A DNA stretch of 64,000 bases, from NCBI GenBank assembly GCA_963676915.2, contig CAXXVK010000043.1, forward strand, positions 192,001-256,000, given 5' to 3'. Positions 62,414 to 64,000 of this stretch are shown here, piece by piece. A program made the translations under genes and the position numbers. Every line of letters starts with the position of its first letter. Within the stretch, counting starts at the first letter, position 1. The notes beneath the pieces are model-generated. The model saw only the letters and a program-made list of their open reading frames with translations. It was not told the origin of the DNA and searched no databases. The stretch is from Myxococcota bacterium. GTDB taxonomy: Bacteria; Myxococcota_A; SURF-8; G963663525.

Positions 62414-63645
62414 GGAACGTCTCCCGGATTTCGAACGAGTTGGGTGATTCGGTCTGCGATATCGCCCAGAGGCAGGCTTTCGTCGGAAAGTCCGGCACTG
62501 TCAATGGCTTGTGGCATACCGTACACGACACAGGTGTCTTCGCTTTGAGTCAAGCAATAACAGCCTTTCTTTTTGAGAGCTTGCACGCCGTTGAGACCAT
62601 CCGCTCCCATGCCGGTCATGATCGTCGCCAGCACGTTGCCCCCATATTGAACCGCCATCGAGCGGAACAGGACATCTACGGACGGACGGCAACTGTTTTC
62701 GGGCGGGTTCTCGTTCAAGCCGACCATATATTCCATCTTGCCGTTTTCCACTCTTTTTCGAATGGTCATGTGTTTGCCACCCGGAGCCAGGTAAACGACG
62801 TTGGGTAGGATCGGACTATCTTCTTCAGCCTCACAGACCTTGATTTTCGATTTGTGGTTGAGGCTTTTTGCCAACGACGAAGTAAAAAGCGGAGGCATAT
62901 GCTGAACGATCAAAACAGGGACACCAAGATTTTCCGGTAGTTTGGGAAGCAATTCGACCAGTGCGTTCGGACCGCCAGTGGAAATACCGATTCCCACCAC
63001 TTCGAGTTTTTTCGGAATCGGGGCATAGGATAACCGGTGCCGATGAGGCTCCGCTGTAACGGGCGGTCGGGCAACGGCAGCGGGTCGAACGGGTTCGGGT
63101 TTCGGAGCTTTGGCTTTCGTGATTTTCCGGGTCTTTTCGAGAATGATTTTTCCCGATTCCTGAACCGCTGTGACTTTGCTCAGGATGATTTTTCCCGATT
63201 CTCTGATTTTTCGCAGATTTCGGCGGATGTTGAACTGTTTGATCAACCCGCCGAGTTGTCGGATCAACTCATCCCGGTTTTGTTCCGGTGTGGCAAGACC
63301 CGGCTTGGTGATGAAGTCCAACGCGCCGCGTTCGAGTGCCTGCATGGTGATGTCGGCGGCGTCGAGGTTGATTCCACTGACCATCACCACACCGATATCC
63401 GGGTAACGACGAGCGATGCGCTCCATGGTTTCGAGACCGTTCATTACCGGCATTTCCACGTCCAGCAGGACGAAATCCACCGGAATCTGCTCGATTTTGG
63501 TCAGTGCGAGCTTGCCATGCGCAGCGACACCGACGACTTCGCATTCTCGAAAGGATTCCACCACTTCCCGAAGAATACGGCGATAGACCACAGAGTCATC
63601 AACAATAAGGATTTTCAACGGATCATTGGTCAACGTCGCCTCCAT
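62410..63645 (-). CDS. cheB: Chemotaxis methylesterase CheB
   Basis: REC domain plus GISTGGP, QHMP, APGG.H, RPSVDVLF and MTGMG.DG. Confidence 0.96.
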   Translation of the reverse strand: MEATLTNDPLKILIVDDSVVYRRILREVVESFRECEVVGVAAHGKLALTKIEQIPVDFVLLDVEMPVMNGLETMERIARRYPDIGVVMVSGINLDAADITMQALERGALDFITKPGLATPEQNRDELIRQLGGLIKQFNIRRNLRKIRESGKIILSKVTAVQESGKIILEKTRKITKAKAPKPEPVRPAAVARPPVTAEPHRHRLSYAPIPKKLEVVGIGISTGGPNALVELLPKLPENLGVPVLIVQHMPPLFTSSLAKSLNHKSKIKVCEAEEDSPILPNVVYLAPGGKHMTIRKRVENGKMEYMVGLNENPPENSCRPSVDVLFRSMAVQYGGNVLATIMTGMGADGLNGVQALKKKGCYCLTQSEDTCVVYGMPQAIDSAGLSDESLPLGDIADRITQLVRNPGDVP

Positions 63646-63677
63646 GAGAAGGAAGGAGAACGGGAAAAATCAAGGAC

Positions 63678-64000
63678 TTAGACTGTGAAATCATCCAACG
63701 AGCGATGAAGCTGCGTGGAAATTTCCTTGAGAATATTCGAGGCTTCTCGGGTGTCTCCCGCGCCTTTTTCACTTTCTTTGGCCGCATTGCTGACACTTTC
63801 GACGCTGTGCGCGACTTCGTTCATGCCGTTGGCCGCTTCCGCCGAGCTATGCGAAATCTCCGAAGCGCCTCGGGCCAGTTCGGATACGTTTTTGGCAATT
63901 TCGTTCACGCCCATGGCCGCTTCCTGCACGTTGCGAGACACTTCATTGGCGCCTTTGGCGGCATGTTGCACGTTTTGGGCGACTTCGTTGGCTCCACGTG
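63678..64000 (-). CDS. C-terminal part of a methyl-accepting chemotaxis protein; starts beyond the right edge
   Basis: Heptad repeats (ANEVSRNVQEAA...) and a ...L...F ending, immediately upstream of cheB. Confidence 0.8.
   Translation of the reverse strand, partial: RGANEVAQNVQHAAKGANEVSRNVQEAAMGVNEIAKNVSELARGASEISHSSAEAANGMNEVAHSVESVSNAAKESEKGAGDTREASNILKEISTQLHRSLDDFTV

Overview
This 64-kb window is chromosomal DNA from an anaerobic delta-proteobacterial-type bacterium. A Myxococcota-like affiliation is inferred from the pilMNOPQ context and a TIGR04551-like barrel. It looks like an imperfectly polished long-read assembly, because about 12 genes carry single-base frameshifts, several in homopolymers. 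Core content includes rseP, tsaB, the maf-yggS-yggT-yggU block, purB, a type IVa pilus pilMNOPQ operon, efp, cinA, three tRNAs, gatCA, a chemotaxis cluster end and a Wood-Ljungdahl carbonyl-branch operon (acsD-cooS-acsB-acsC-acsE-DUF3786-cooC, with cooT convergent). The most interesting signals are an interlocking set of REP-related mobile DNA. (1) A RAYT transposase is flanked by GTAG-REPs. (2) Two ~203-bp elements with TIRs and ~9-bp target duplications carry a doublet of those same REPs. (3) An IS621-like IS110 element sits inside a second REP family, and its bridge-RNA guides, CT core and circle-junction promoter can be read from the sequence. A separate signal is a pair of homologous strand+coiled-coil modules on flexible linkers at the AcsD C-terminus and CooS N-terminus, which may be an undescribed docking system.
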